64,000 nucleotides of DNA, taken from the NCBI GenBank assembly GCA_013141435.1, contig JABFQZ010000014.1, positions 49,792 to 113,791 of the forward strand, given 5' to 3'. The position numbers and the translations under genes were made by a program. Source of the stretch: Ferruginibacter sp. (GTDB lineage Bacteria > Bacteroidota > Bacteroidia > Chitinophagales > Chitinophagaceae). The notes beneath the pieces are model-generated. The model was not told the DNA's origin. It saw only the letters and a list, made by a program, of their open reading frames with translations, and did no database searches. This document shows, piece after piece, positions 44,810-54,181 of this stretch; positions within the stretch are counted from its first letter, which is position 1, and the number at the start of each line of letters is the position of its first letter.

Positions 44810-47467
44810 TTAGTATTTTACTAATCTGGTTGTTTTTCTTTCTCCATCATCATTACTTGCAGTTATGGTATATGTACCAGCATTTATATTTTGAAAAAGT
44901 AGGTCTATAGAGTTATAACCTGCAATAACATTTATGGTTTGTGTAGCTACAATTTTACCCACTATATCTGCCACTGTAATAATATATTTTCCTGCTTTTG
45001 CACTAGTTAAGGCTAATACAGCATTTCCTTTTGAAGGATTAGGGGTAACATTTATAAGTTCAAAACCTTTTTCGTTATTTAAAAGTACTACAATTGTACT
45101 GTATCTTAATGAGCCGTTAGTTTCAATTACTTTTAAACGGTAATAATTTTTGCCTGCAAACGGATTAGCATCAGTGTAGCTAAAATCTTGCAAACAACGA
45201 GTTGAAGTTGCTGTTTCATCGTATACAGTTTTAAAATTAATTCCGTCAGTACTACGTTCCAATACCAATAATAATATTGAAGAACTTATAGCATTTACTT
45301 TCCAATTCAAATAATTTCCAAAACTACTTTTACTTCCTCTAAAAAATTCGATACCTACTGGCAGAACGGTGGTTGGCCCCACTCCGCTTGCATAAGTACC
45401 TCCACTAAAACTTGTAAGGCCATTAAACTGTGCATAAAGTACTCCATTTATTGTAGCAGCCCCAGTATTTGCATCTGTAAGTGGTATTGCATTTAAAACT
45501 AAATCGGAATTTACATGAGCAGCATCACCAACAAAAGAACCAGATGTAGTTTTAAACCAACTTGATGGTTCTAAGATACTACCAGTATTAGTAGCTTGAA
45601 AGGCAATAGCTGCGGCATCTGTAGCTGTTTTTTCGGCGGCATTGTAAAAGAAACGAACATTTACTGGAGTTGTAGGTTGTACGCCAGCCACATCTATATT
45701 CCAATATCTTTTCATAGTAAATGTACCTTTTGCTGTAGCACCACTACCAGTTGTAGTTGCGTAATCTGTGGCATCGTATGTAAGTGTAGCTGTAGCTGCT
45801 GCTTTAGATGCAGTGTTTGAACCCCACTCTACAGCTAATACATTTTTATTAGATGCATCGTTGTAATAAGTCCAACCTAGGTCTTCACAATTATTTGTAA
45901 GGGTATATGTATTTACAACAGTTTCTAATGCTACATTATTTGTTGGTAATCCTTCTTCTATGGTTATATCATCTAAGCCAAATGCATTACCATATTTACT
46001 TACACCTTCAAAACCAATTTGTATAGTTTGCCCTGCATAAGCACTTAAATCTACTATATTTTTACTCCAAATTGGTGCCGCATTTGCGGTTAATGTGGCA
46101 TCATGCCTTTGTAAACCAGCACCTATATTTAAAATATTTTTCCTTACCCATGTAATGCCTTTATCTACAGATACAGATACGTACATACTATCCAATTCTG
46201 GGAGTGTTGTTGTATTATCATGGCTCATCCAAAAACTTACTTGGTAAGGGCAACCAGTAGCTGGTATGGCAAAACAATCGCTAAAATACTTACTACTAAA
46301 ACCACTAGAGCTTGCGCCAGAGTAGGAATCGAACAGCATAAATTTGGTGCCACTATGTGCATTTAAAGCAGCTGTTTGATCTGTGTTTGTATATGCAGTA
46401 CTTCTTATACCCCATAACTGCCGAGTACCTGAAATTGTACTTACCCATTTAAAACTATTTAAACCTGTGGTTTCTACATCTTCTAAACTTGGAAAAGTAG
46501 AAATGGTAGGTGTAGTAATTACTGAAGTTGTACCATTATTATCAGATGTATTTGTATCACCTGCTAAACTAATAGATACTGAGAAATTACTTGTACCTGC
46601 ATTATTTAAATTGATACCTGTAAAAGTTACAGTACCTGTAGCCCCAGGCGCTATAGCTGTAGTGTTGCTAGCTGTATAAGTACCAGTATTTGCTGTAGTT
46701 ACAGTAAGGGTTAAAGTAGCATCGCCAATATTTATGGTAGATGTACCCCTATTGGTAATAGTAGTAGTAATACTTTGGGTAGTGGCATGGCAAGAAAATG
46801 TAGGAAAATTGCTAAACCCTACATACGCAGCATCGTTTGGTATTTGATGTGCAAAATAAACCATTGGCCTAAAGCCACTTCCAACTAAATTTGTAGTGCC
46901 TGAAACTGGCGCACTAGTACCACTAAATCTTCTGGATGTAAGATGAGTAGTTGTTGCCAATGCATCGTTAGCGTTTCCTATAGATGCATTCCATAAAATA
47001 CCAGTGCCAGACGCTGCAGTAGTTCTTTCTAATAATATCTGCACATTATCTGAGCCTACTGTACGTACAAATGGAGTAGTTAAGTTTACATAATTCCAAC
47101 CAACTGCATTGGCAACTAGTGTACCACTATATACCAATGTATAACCTGTAGTAGAATATATTCCTGAAGCCATATCAGTAGTTGATGCTGGTACTTCTTT
47201 TAAATAAATATTGTACCCAGCAAAAGAAGTAACAGCGGCTACGGTTGCCAAATTAAATCCTATTCTGTTTATTGCAGTCCCAGCAGTCAAAAAATTTGTT
47301 GACCCTACCTCCGATGATAAATATATAGCTTCGTTGGCATTAAAACTAGAAAGACCAGTAACAATATTGCCACTAGTACCTGGCCATACTGTAATGGAAG
47401 ATGATTGTGCAATTGCAAAAGAATTTAGTATAAATACTAATGCAATAAAAAGTAGATTTTTTTTCAT
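44810..47467 (-). CDS. T9SS type A sorting domain-containing surface protein
   Basis: Sec signal ending AIA-Q, CARDB/Ig-like segment, adhesin-like FGLDDITI segment, LPV..F..G Ig module, C-terminal PNPSKG...DIVGK...AGTY...LVK sorting domain. Confidence 0.88.
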   Translation of the reverse strand: MKKNLLFIALVFILNSFAIAQSSSITVWPGTSGNIVTGLSSFNANEAIYLSSEVGSTNFLTAGTAINRIGFNLATVAAVTSFAGYNIYLKEVPASTTDMASGIYSTTGYTLVYSGTLVANAVGWNYVNLTTPFVRTVGSDNVQILLERTTAASGTGILWNASIGNANDALATTTHLTSRRFSGTSAPVSGTTNLVGSGFRPMVYFAHQIPNDAAYVGFSNFPTFSCHATTQSITTTITNRGTSTINIGDATLTLTVTTANTGTYTASNTTAIAPGATGTVTFTGINLNNAGTSNFSVSISLAGDTNTSDNNGTTSVITTPTISTFPSLEDVETTGLNSFKWVSTISGTRQLWGIRSTAYTNTDQTAALNAHSGTKFMLFDSYSGASSSGFSSKYFSDCFAIPATGCPYQVSFWMSHDNTTTLPELDSMYVSVSVDKGITWVRKNILNIGAGLQRHDATLTANAAPIWSKNIVDLSAYAGQTIQIGFEGVSKYGNAFGLDDITIEEGLPTNNVALETVVNTYTLTNNCEDLGWTYYNDASNKNVLAVEWGSNTASKAAATATLTYDATDYATTTGSGATAKGTFTMKRYWNIDVAGVQPTTPVNVRFFYNAAEKTATDAAAIAFQATNTGSILEPSSWFKTTSGSFVGDAAHVNSDLVLNAIPLTDANTGAATINGVLYAQFNGLTSFSGGTYASGVGPTTVLPVGIEFFRGSKSSFGNYLNWKVNAISSSILLLVLERSTDGINFKTVYDETATSTRCLQDFSYTDANPFAGKNYYRLKVIETNGSLRYSTIVVLLNNEKGFELINVTPNPSKGNAVLALTSAKAGKYIITVADIVGKIVATQTINVIAGYNSIDLLFQNINAGTYTITASNDDGERKTTRLVKY

Positions 47468-47495
47468 AATTTATATATAAAGGATTATTAATAAC

Positions 47496-47503
47496 CAAAT
47501 ATA
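47496..47503 (-). promoter_or_regulatory. -7 element for the T9SS cargo gene
   Basis: Minus strand TATATTTG, 28 nt upstream of the ATG at 47467. Confidence 0.45.
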
Positions 47504-47784
47504 ATTAAAATTTTATAAATAACATTGATTAGCTTTTTTCAAAGTATGGTTTTACTTTAGAAGTATTTTAAAACTTTACAAGGAAAGTTATCACAGAAAA
47601 GCCTTTAAATTAAAATAATATCAAAACTTTAACCACATAGATTCACATATATTTTCTATTGTTTTTCTATGTAACTATCTGTTATATATCATACAACTTT
47701 TAAAATTTATTCTACTAAATTATGGACACTGAATAGTTTCTATGATGTAAGCTTTTACTAATTGTGTAAGAAAGAAAGAAATAT

Positions 47785-47997
47785 TTATTGCAATTTTAAA
47801 ATTGTATTTTTACTAGTATTAAAATCATAAGCTTTTTTTGCGGCTATAACTACAGATGCTGCTATAAGTAAAACTACACCATTGTCTATGGGGCAAGGAT
47901 CTGCTGGGTCGGTACAAGGATCATCTGGGTCTTGCGCATGCAAATTTAAAGGAAAACAAATTGCAATTAAAAATAAAAAAGCCAATAATTGTTTCAT
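47785..47997 (-). CDS. Small PID-CTERM protein-sorting domain peptide
   Basis: Signal peptide (1-21), QDPDDPCTDPADPC, then PIDNG, a hydrophobic helix and KK. Confidence 0.78.
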   Translation of the reverse strand: MKQLLAFLFLIAICFPLNLHAQDPDDPCTDPADPCPIDNGVVLLIAASVVIAAKKAYDFNTSKNTILKLQ

Positions 47998-48021
47998 ATT
48001 TTTTTGTTAATCTAATTTGTA

Positions 48022-48029
48022 CAAAAATA
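48022..48029 (-). promoter_or_regulatory. -7 element for the PID-CTERM gene
   Basis: Minus strand TATTTTTG, 24 nt upstream of the ATG; TTG about 18 nt further upstream. Confidence 0.5.
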
Positions 48030-48293
48030 AGTTTTGTTTGGGATATAACAATCATGTATTTGTACTAATGTTGGTATTTTTTTTAATACAATCGCTATTT
48101 TCTCAATACTTTATTCTTTTAACGAATAATTTTCATTTTTATTGTAATAAAGTAAAGTTGATTAGATTTAACAGAAGGGAACCGTGATTGTAAATAAGGT
48201 TGTGGTTTAGTGTTTTATTTGGCAAAGCTTGTGGCATTCACTTTTATTTTTGATACACAAATAATTGTTGATTTTTTTCTTGATGATGCCACT

Positions 48294-48388
48294 AGCCCTG
48301 ATAGTAATGGAAATAAGTGAGGAACGAACTTATTGAAATGAATAGCAGGTTACAAATGCTGGGCAATGTTATGCTGCTCATGCTCCTT
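48294..48388 (+). ncRNA. Structured intergenic element, Flavo-1-like / Bacteroidota interspersed repeat (copy B)
   Basis: AGCCCTGATAGTAATGGAA-[AATAAGT/ACTTATT hairpin]-GAAATGAATAGCAGG-TTACAAATGCT...GCTCCT; shares ends with copy A at 9407. Confidence 0.4.
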
Positions 48389-48400
48389 AAAAAAAATGTA

Positions 48401-48435
48401 AAAAATAGCCATTGAAAATTTCAATGGCTATTTTT
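48401..48435. terminator. Rho-independent terminator of the aconitase gene
   Basis: AAAAATAGCCATTGAAA-A-TTTCAATGGCTATTTTT inverted repeat with T-tails on both strands, 18 nt past the stop. Confidence 0.88.
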
Positions 48436-48453
48436 AATTTTTATAATCTCAAA

Positions 48454-50730
48454 TTAAGCTTTGCTTGCTTCAAATTCTTTTCTTATAATATTTAATGCTG
48501 CACCTGCTTTAAACCATTCTATTTGCTGTGTATTGTAGGTATGGTTTACTGTTATTGTATTGCTTGTGCCATCTTTATGGTTCAATACTAACGTTAATGG
48601 TTGATTTGGAGCAAATGTTGTAAGGCCAACAATATCTATTGTATCGTCTTCTTGAAACTTATCGTAATCAGCTTTGTCGGCAAATGTTAGCCCTAACATT
48701 CCTTGTTTTTTTAGGTTTGTTTCGTGTATGCGTGCAAACGATTTTACTAATACAGCTCTTACTCCTAAGTGGCGTGGCTCCATGGCTGCATGTTCTCTTG
48801 ATGAGCCTTCGCCATAGTTTTCGTCGCCTACTACTATACTGCCTACACCTTCTGCTTTGTATGCACGCTGCACATCGGGCACTGGTGCGTACTCATTTGT
48901 TAATTGGTTTTTTACACTGTTGGTTTTATCGTTTGCAAAGTTTACTGCACCTATTAGCATGTTGTTGCTAATATTATCTAAATGCCCACGGAATTTTAAC
49001 CAAGGACCTGCCATTGATATATGATCGGTTGTACATTTTCCTTTGGCTTTTATGAGTAGCTTTAAACCCTTTAAATCTGTACCTTCCCAAGCCGCAAATG
49101 GCTCAAGTATTTGTAAACGTTTGCTATCTGGCGATACTTTTACAACTACTGCACTACCATCTTCGGCAGGTGCTTGAAAGCCTGCATCTTCTACTGCAAA
49201 GCCTTTTATAGGAAGCTCCCAACCTGTTGGAGGATCTAGTTTTACTTGCTCACCTTTATCGTTTGTAAGGGTATCGGTAAGCGGATTAAAATCCAACGTA
49301 CCAGCAATAGCCATGGCTGTAACTATTTCAGGACTACCTACAAATGCATAAGTATTTGGATTACCATCTGCTCGTTTTGCAAAGTTTCTATTAAAGCTAT
49401 GTACTATTGTATTTTTTTCTGCTTTTTCGGCTCCTACCCTAGCCCACATACCTATACATGGACCACAAGCATTTGCAAATACAGTAGCGCCAATTTTTTC
49501 AAATGTATCTAAAAAGCCATCTCTTTCAATAGTATAACGTACTTGCTCACTACCTGGTGTAATGGTAAATTCGGCATTTAATTTTAATCCTTTTGCTGCT
49601 ACTTGTTTTGCTAAACTTTCGGAACGGCTTATATCTTCGTAGCTTGAGTTGGTGCAGCTTCCAATTAAACCCACTTCAATTTTTGTAGGCCATCCGTTAG
49701 CTGCTGCTGCTGCTTTCATTTGCGAAATAGGCGTAGCCAAATCGGGCGTAAATGGACCATTTAAATGCGGCTCTAAAGTATTTAAGTCAATTTCTATTAC
49801 TTCATCGAAATAAGCTGATGGGTTTGCATAAACTTCGGTATCGCCTGTTAAATGCTCTTTAATACCGTCGGCCATGGTTGCAATTTCTGCACGCCCTGTT
49901 GCGCCTAAGTAACGGCTCATACTTTCGTCGTACCCAAAGGTAGATGTAGTAGCACCTATTTCCGCCCCCATGTTACAAATAGTACCTTTACCTGTACAAC
50001 TCATGCTAGTAGCACCTTCGCCAAAATATTCTACCACAGCACCTGTACCACCTTTTACGGTAAGTATACCTGCCACTTTTAAAATTACATCTTTAGCAGA
50101 TGTCCATCCATTTAATTTTCCTATAAGTTTTACACCTATTAATTTGGGCATTTTAAGTTCCCATGCAAGCCCAGCCATTACATCGCAAGCATCGGCACCA
50201 CCTACACCAATAGCTATCATACCTAAACCACCAGCATTTACAGTATGGCTATCGGTACCTATCATCATACCACCCGGAAAGGCATAGTTTTCTAACACCA
50301 CTTGGTGTATGATACCTGCACCTGGTTTCCAAAATCCAATACCATATTTATCTGAAACTGATGCTAAAAAATCGTATACTTCGCTACTTTCGGTAACGGC
50401 TCTTTTTAAATCTACAGAGCTATTTTCTTTGGCTTCAATTAAATGATCGCAATGTACAGTACTAGGCACAGCCACTTTGGTACGGCCGCTTTGCATAAAT
50501 TGCAACAATGCCATTTGTGCTGTAGCATCTTGCATGGCTACTCTATCGGGTGCAAAATCTACATACGATCCACCTCTTTCAAAAGGTGCTGTGTGGTTGT
50601 TTTCCCAAAGATGTGCATACAAAATCTTTTCGGTAAGGGTAAGTGGTTTGTTAATAAGTTTACGTGCTGCTGCTACTCTTTCTGGGAAAGATGCGTAGAG
50701 CTTTTTAATCATTTCGATGTCGAATGCCAT
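48454..50730 (-). CDS. acnA: Aconitate hydratase (mitochondrial-like AcnA)
   Basis: [62 protein letters not shown]. Confidence 0.96.
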   Translation of the reverse strand: MAFDIEMIKKLYASFPERVAAARKLINKPLTLTEKILYAHLWENNHTAPFERGGSYVDFAPDRVAMQDATAQMALLQFMQSGRTKVAVPSTVHCDHLIEAKENSSVDLKRAVTESSEVYDFLASVSDKYGIGFWKPGAGIIHQVVLENYAFPGGMMIGTDSHTVNAGGLGMIAIGVGGADACDVMAGLAWELKMPKLIGVKLIGKLNGWTSAKDVILKVAGILTVKGGTGAVVEYFGEGATSMSCTGKGTICNMGAEIGATTSTFGYDESMSRYLGATGRAEIATMADGIKEHLTGDTEVYANPSAYFDEVIEIDLNTLEPHLNGPFTPDLATPISQMKAAAAANGWPTKIEVGLIGSCTNSSYEDISRSESLAKQVAAKGLKLNAEFTITPGSEQVRYTIERDGFLDTFEKIGATVFANACGPCIGMWARVGAEKAEKNTIVHSFNRNFAKRADGNPNTYAFVGSPEIVTAMAIAGTLDFNPLTDTLTNDKGEQVKLDPPTGWELPIKGFAVEDAGFQAPAEDGSAVVVKVSPDSKRLQILEPFAAWEGTDLKGLKLLIKAKGKCTTDHISMAGPWLKFRGHLDNISNNMLIGAVNFANDKTNSVKNQLTNEYAPVPDVQRAYKAEGVGSIVVGDENYGEGSSREHAAMEPRHLGVRAVLVKSFARIHETNLKKQGMLGLTFADKADYDKFQEDDTIDIVGLTTFAPNQPLTLVLNHKDGTSNTITVNHTYNTQQIEWFKAGAALNIIRKEFEASKA

Positions 50731-50871
50731 AGTGTTGTTTTTATTTTATTGTGAATCAACTTCTTGTTTTTTGATATACTTGGTGATGAAACTACGTTGA
50801 AAAGTAAATCTTTACATTACAATAATTATGAATTAGAAAAAAAATATTTCTAAATCTTACCTCATTTTATG

Positions 50872-50879
50872 CAAATTTA
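50872..50879 (-). promoter_or_regulatory. -7 element for aconitase
   Basis: Minus strand TAAATTTG, about 140 nt upstream of the ATG. Confidence 0.45.
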
Positions 50880-50941
50880 CAAAATATGTTTGAGTATAAA
50901 AAGAAGTTGTTGATTGTTTGATTATTGTTTAATTTAGCTGT

Positions 50942-51163
50942 ATGAATAGGTTTAAACATTTTGTAGAGTGGCATGTATTTGGTGTATGCTCCGCCATTGG
51001 CGAACGTTTAGGCATTGCTACTACTACTATACGCAAGTATTTTATTTACCTTTCTTTTGCTACCATTGGCTCATCGGTATTGGTGTATTTTTTTGTAGCT
51101 TTTTGGATGAATGTAAAACGCTATGTTGTAAATGCTAGAAGAAACCCATTGAGGCATTTGTAG
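50942..51163 (+). CDS. PspC domain-containing protein
   Basis: FGVCSAIGERLGI...IRKYFIYLSF is typical of the Bacteroidota small PspC family. Confidence 0.85.
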   Translation: MNRFKHFVEWHVFGVCSAIGERLGIATTTIRKYFIYLSFATIGSSVLVYFFVAFWMNVKRYVVNARRNPLRHL

Positions 51164-51167
51164 TAAT

Positions 51168-51587
51168 TTAGTACTTTTCAATTCCTTGCTTTCGCATTAT
51201 TTTTGTTGTATCATTTGTAAGTTTAAACCCAAATTTTTGGTACAAGCCATGAGCATCTTTGGTGGCAAGCATCCAACTTCTAAACCCTTGCAATTCGTCG
51301 TTATCCAAAATAGTTTGCAATAGCCATTTGCTTAGTCCTTTACCTCTATGAGCTTCTATTATAAACACATCGGCCAAATACCCAAAAGTAGCTTTGTCGG
51401 TAATTGCTCTTGCAAAACCAATTTGCTCATCTTTAAAAAAAACACTAAAGCAAACCGAATTTTCTATAGATTTTTTTACTGTTTCGGCAGGTATATTTTT
51501 ACTCCAATAACTTTCGTTACTTAAATAATTATAAACAAAATTGAAATCAATTTTTTGTTTGTTAGTAGTAATGGTATAATGTAACAT
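51168..51587 (-). CDS. GNAT family N-acetyltransferase
   Basis: SYWSKNIP, QIGFARAITD, YLADVFI...RGKGLSKWL, DAHGLYQKFGF. Confidence 0.92.
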   Translation of the reverse strand: MLHYTITTNKQKIDFNFVYNYLSNESYWSKNIPAETVKKSIENSVCFSVFFKDEQIGFARAITDKATFGYLADVFIIEAHRGKGLSKWLLQTILDNDELQGFRSWMLATKDAHGLYQKFGFKLTNDTTKIMRKQGIEKY

Positions 51588-51596
51588 TTATAAAAA

Positions 51597-52826
51597 TTAT
51601 CTAAAACTAATTGCTTTTACTGGTTGTACTTTTTTTACTAAATATGTAGGTATTATTAGTGTTGTAAAACAAATTACTAAAGTAATAAAATCTATTGCTA
51701 CCACTTGCAACCAGTTAATATCGGCTTGCGCTACACTCATGTAATACGACTCTTCGTTTAATTTTATAAAGCCAGTTTTTTGTTGTATAAAACAAATACA
51801 AATGGCTAAAATTGTACCTGCAATAATACCAATAATGGCTACTGCCGATGTATTAAACAAAAATATTTTTTGAATATCCCAATCTTTTGTTCCTAGTGCT
51901 TTTAAAATTCCTGTCATATTAGTACGTTCTAAAGCAAGTATAATGAGGCATGTAATTAAATTTACTACTGCTATTATTATCATTATTGCTATCAAAATAT
52001 TTTTTAATTGACCTTGTAAATTGAGCCAGTCAAAAATTTGTGGCTGCAAATCTTTTACACTTTTACTGTACCAACTATCTGGCAGTTCTTCGTACATCTT
52101 TTTTGTAATGGTGTCTATTTTTTTGTAATCTTTTAAAAGTATTTCGTAACCGCCAATTTGGTTTTGCTCCCAATTATTTAGCCTTCTAATTAGGTTAATA
52201 TCACAAATAGCAAAATTTTTATCATATTCTTCAATACCTATTTTGTAAATACCAGCAATGTTGAGCTTACGTGCACTTTTCGACCCATCTTGTTTAAAAA
52301 AATACACAATTAAACTATCGGCCACTTTTAAATTTAATTGTGTAGCTGTATAGTTACTAATATTTATTTGTTTGCTGTAGCCACTATCTTCAAAATTTAT
52401 CCATTTACCTTTTAGTAAAAAAGGTTGCAACCTTGCAAAATTATATTTGCTATCTATACCTTTTAAAAATACACTTTCTATATCTGTACCAAACTTTAAT
52501 ATTGCCGATTTTGTTGCGTATTTTTCTACTGAAATTACTTCAGGTTCAGCTTTTAAATATTTTTCGATAGTATCATTTGCGTTTATGTGATAATCTTCGG
52601 TGTTGCCACCTCTATCATCAAAAGATTGCAAAACCCTTACATGCCCCCAAAAATTAAATACTTTAGTACTTATTACTCTCTGAAAACCATTTACAAAACT
52701 TAATGCCACAATCATAACTGCTACGCTAAGTGTAGTAGCAGCTACAGCTAAGCCAATTATGAACCTACTAAAGTTTTTTTGTTTAATAGATGCTAATCTT
52801 TTTGCAATAAAGTACGAGGCATTCAA
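51597..52826 (-). CDS. ABC transporter permease, LolC/E-FtsX family
   Basis: N-terminal TM, MacB periplasmic domain, [14 protein letters not shown]-terminal PVKAISF; TTG start. Confidence 0.88.
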   Translation of the reverse strand: MNASYFIAKRLASIKQKNFSRFIIGLAVAATTLSVAVMIVALSFVNGFQRVISTKVFNFWGHVRVLQSFDDRGGNTEDYHINANDTIEKYLKAEPEVISVEKYATKSAILKFGTDIESVFLKGIDSKYNFARLQPFLLKGKWINFEDSGYSKQINISNYTATQLNLKVADSLIVYFFKQDGSKSARKLNIAGIYKIGIEEYDKNFAICDINLIRRLNNWEQNQIGGYEILLKDYKKIDTITKKMYEELPDSWYSKSVKDLQPQIFDWLNLQGQLKNILIAIMIIIAVVNLITCLIILALERTNMTGILKALGTKDWDIQKIFLFNTSAVAIIGIIAGTILAICICFIQQKTGFIKLNEESYYMSVAQADINWLQVVAIDFITLVICFTTLIIPTYLVKKVQPVKAISFR

Positions 52827-52833
52827 ATTGGTG

Positions 52834-52860
52834 TTATTTTTGTTGTATATTCAAAAATAA
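52834..52860. promoter_or_regulatory. Overlapping face-to-face -7 elements
   Basis: TTATTTTTG-N9-CAAAAATAA; TAnnTTTG on the + strand (52835-52842) and on the - strand (52852-52859) within a 50-bp divergent gap. Confidence 0.5.
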
Positions 52861-52876
52861 TTAATAATAAGCGTAA

Positions 52877-54169
52877 ATGAGTTTCAAAAAAATATTTGTA
52901 TTTTCTTTTGCAGTTATATCTATTTTTTGCATTAGTAAAAGTTATGCTCAAATGTCCGAAAAAATATGTGTGCCATATATAGCAACTGCACAACTTTTTC
53001 AATATGGCGACCAAACACAATTACCTGTATATAACCTTGGCGGTGGTAAAGGTGTAGATTTAGAATTTGATGATATGGAAGGTGGTTATAAAAGTTATTA
53101 TTACACTTACCAACTATGCGATTATAATTGGAAGCCTGTAGATATTTCGCCATTCGATTTTATAAAAGGATTTACACAAAACAGAATTACCACTTACCGT
53201 TATTCATCTATTGCACTTACAAAATATACACATTATCAAGCTATATTACCTGAGCAAAATTGTATGCCAATAAAATCGGGTAATTATATTTTAAAAGTTT
53301 TTTTGAATGGCGATACTGCAAACCTAATTTTTACCAAACGCTTACTGGTTGTAGATGCAAAGGCTTCTATAAACGCATCGGTAGTACAATTATTAGGAGC
53401 TCAAAATTTTACTACACATCAAAAAGTACGTTTTACAATAACTACTGGAGATGTAAATGCATTTAGTGCAGCACAACAAATAAAAACAGTTGTATTACAA
53501 AATAACAGATGGGATAATGCTCAAAAAGATATAGTACCAACTTTTGTAAGAGGCAATGTGCTAGATTTTAGCAGCGATAACTTAGCTCAATTTGCCGGAG
53601 GCAAAGAATGGCGTTGGCTAGATTTGAGAAGTTTTAGGCTACAAAGTGAAAGAATAGACCATGCTGATTATGGAAAAACTTATACCAATATATATATGCT
53701 TCCCGATATGGATAGAAGTGCTCAGAAGTATGTATACTATCCCGATTTTAATGGCACTTATGGCATATTTACTTATGAGAGCATTAATCCTTTTTGGCAA
53801 GGAGATTATGCTACAGTAAAGTTTTTGTACGCACCAGCAGAAGGAAAACCATTTGATAAAAAAAATATTTATTTAGCAGCACAATTTACCAACTATGAAA
53901 TAAACGACAAATACAAAATGAAATATAACGAAACTACAGGCATGTATGAATTATCGTTATATCTAAAACAAGGCTATTATTCTTATACATATTTATTGCA
54001 AGATGAAAATGGAATTGATAATTCAAATAAACTAGAAGGCAATTATTGGGAAACAGAAAACAATTATACAATTTTAGTTTACTATAAAGGTTTTAATGAT
54101 AGAGCCGATCAGCTAATTGGTGTAGGCAGAATAAATTCTCGGAGAGATAGACCTGGATTGAGCTTTTAA
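52877..54169 (+). CDS. DUF5103 domain protein (probable T9SS plug protein)
   Basis: LEFDD, CDYNW, SGNYILKV, QNNRWDNA, GGKEWRWLDLRS, KQGYYSY, GNYWETENNY; the plug assignment is recalled family knowledge. Confidence 0.72.
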   Translation: MSFKKIFVFSFAVISIFCISKSYAQMSEKICVPYIATAQLFQYGDQTQLPVYNLGGGKGVDLEFDDMEGGYKSYYYTYQLCDYNWKPVDISPFDFIKGFTQNRITTYRYSSIALTKYTHYQAILPEQNCMPIKSGNYILKVFLNGDTANLIFTKRLLVVDAKASINASVVQLLGAQNFTTHQKVRFTITTGDVNAFSAAQQIKTVVLQNNRWDNAQKDIVPTFVRGNVLDFSSDNLAQFAGGKEWRWLDLRSFRLQSERIDHADYGKTYTNIYMLPDMDRSAQKYVYYPDFNGTYGIFTYESINPFWQGDYATVKFLYAPAEGKPFDKKNIYLAAQFTNYEINDKYKMKYNETTGMYELSLYLKQGYYSYTYLLQDENGIDNSNKLEGNYWETENNYTILVYYKGFNDRADQLIGVGRINSRRDRPGLSF

Positions 54170-54181
54170 ATTTATTAATGC

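Noticed and set aside
47810-47997. PID-CTERM peptide as a lipoprotein via Cys14
   Set aside because: IAIC does not fit the lipobox (-1 should be G/A/S), while LHA-Q is a good signal peptidase I site
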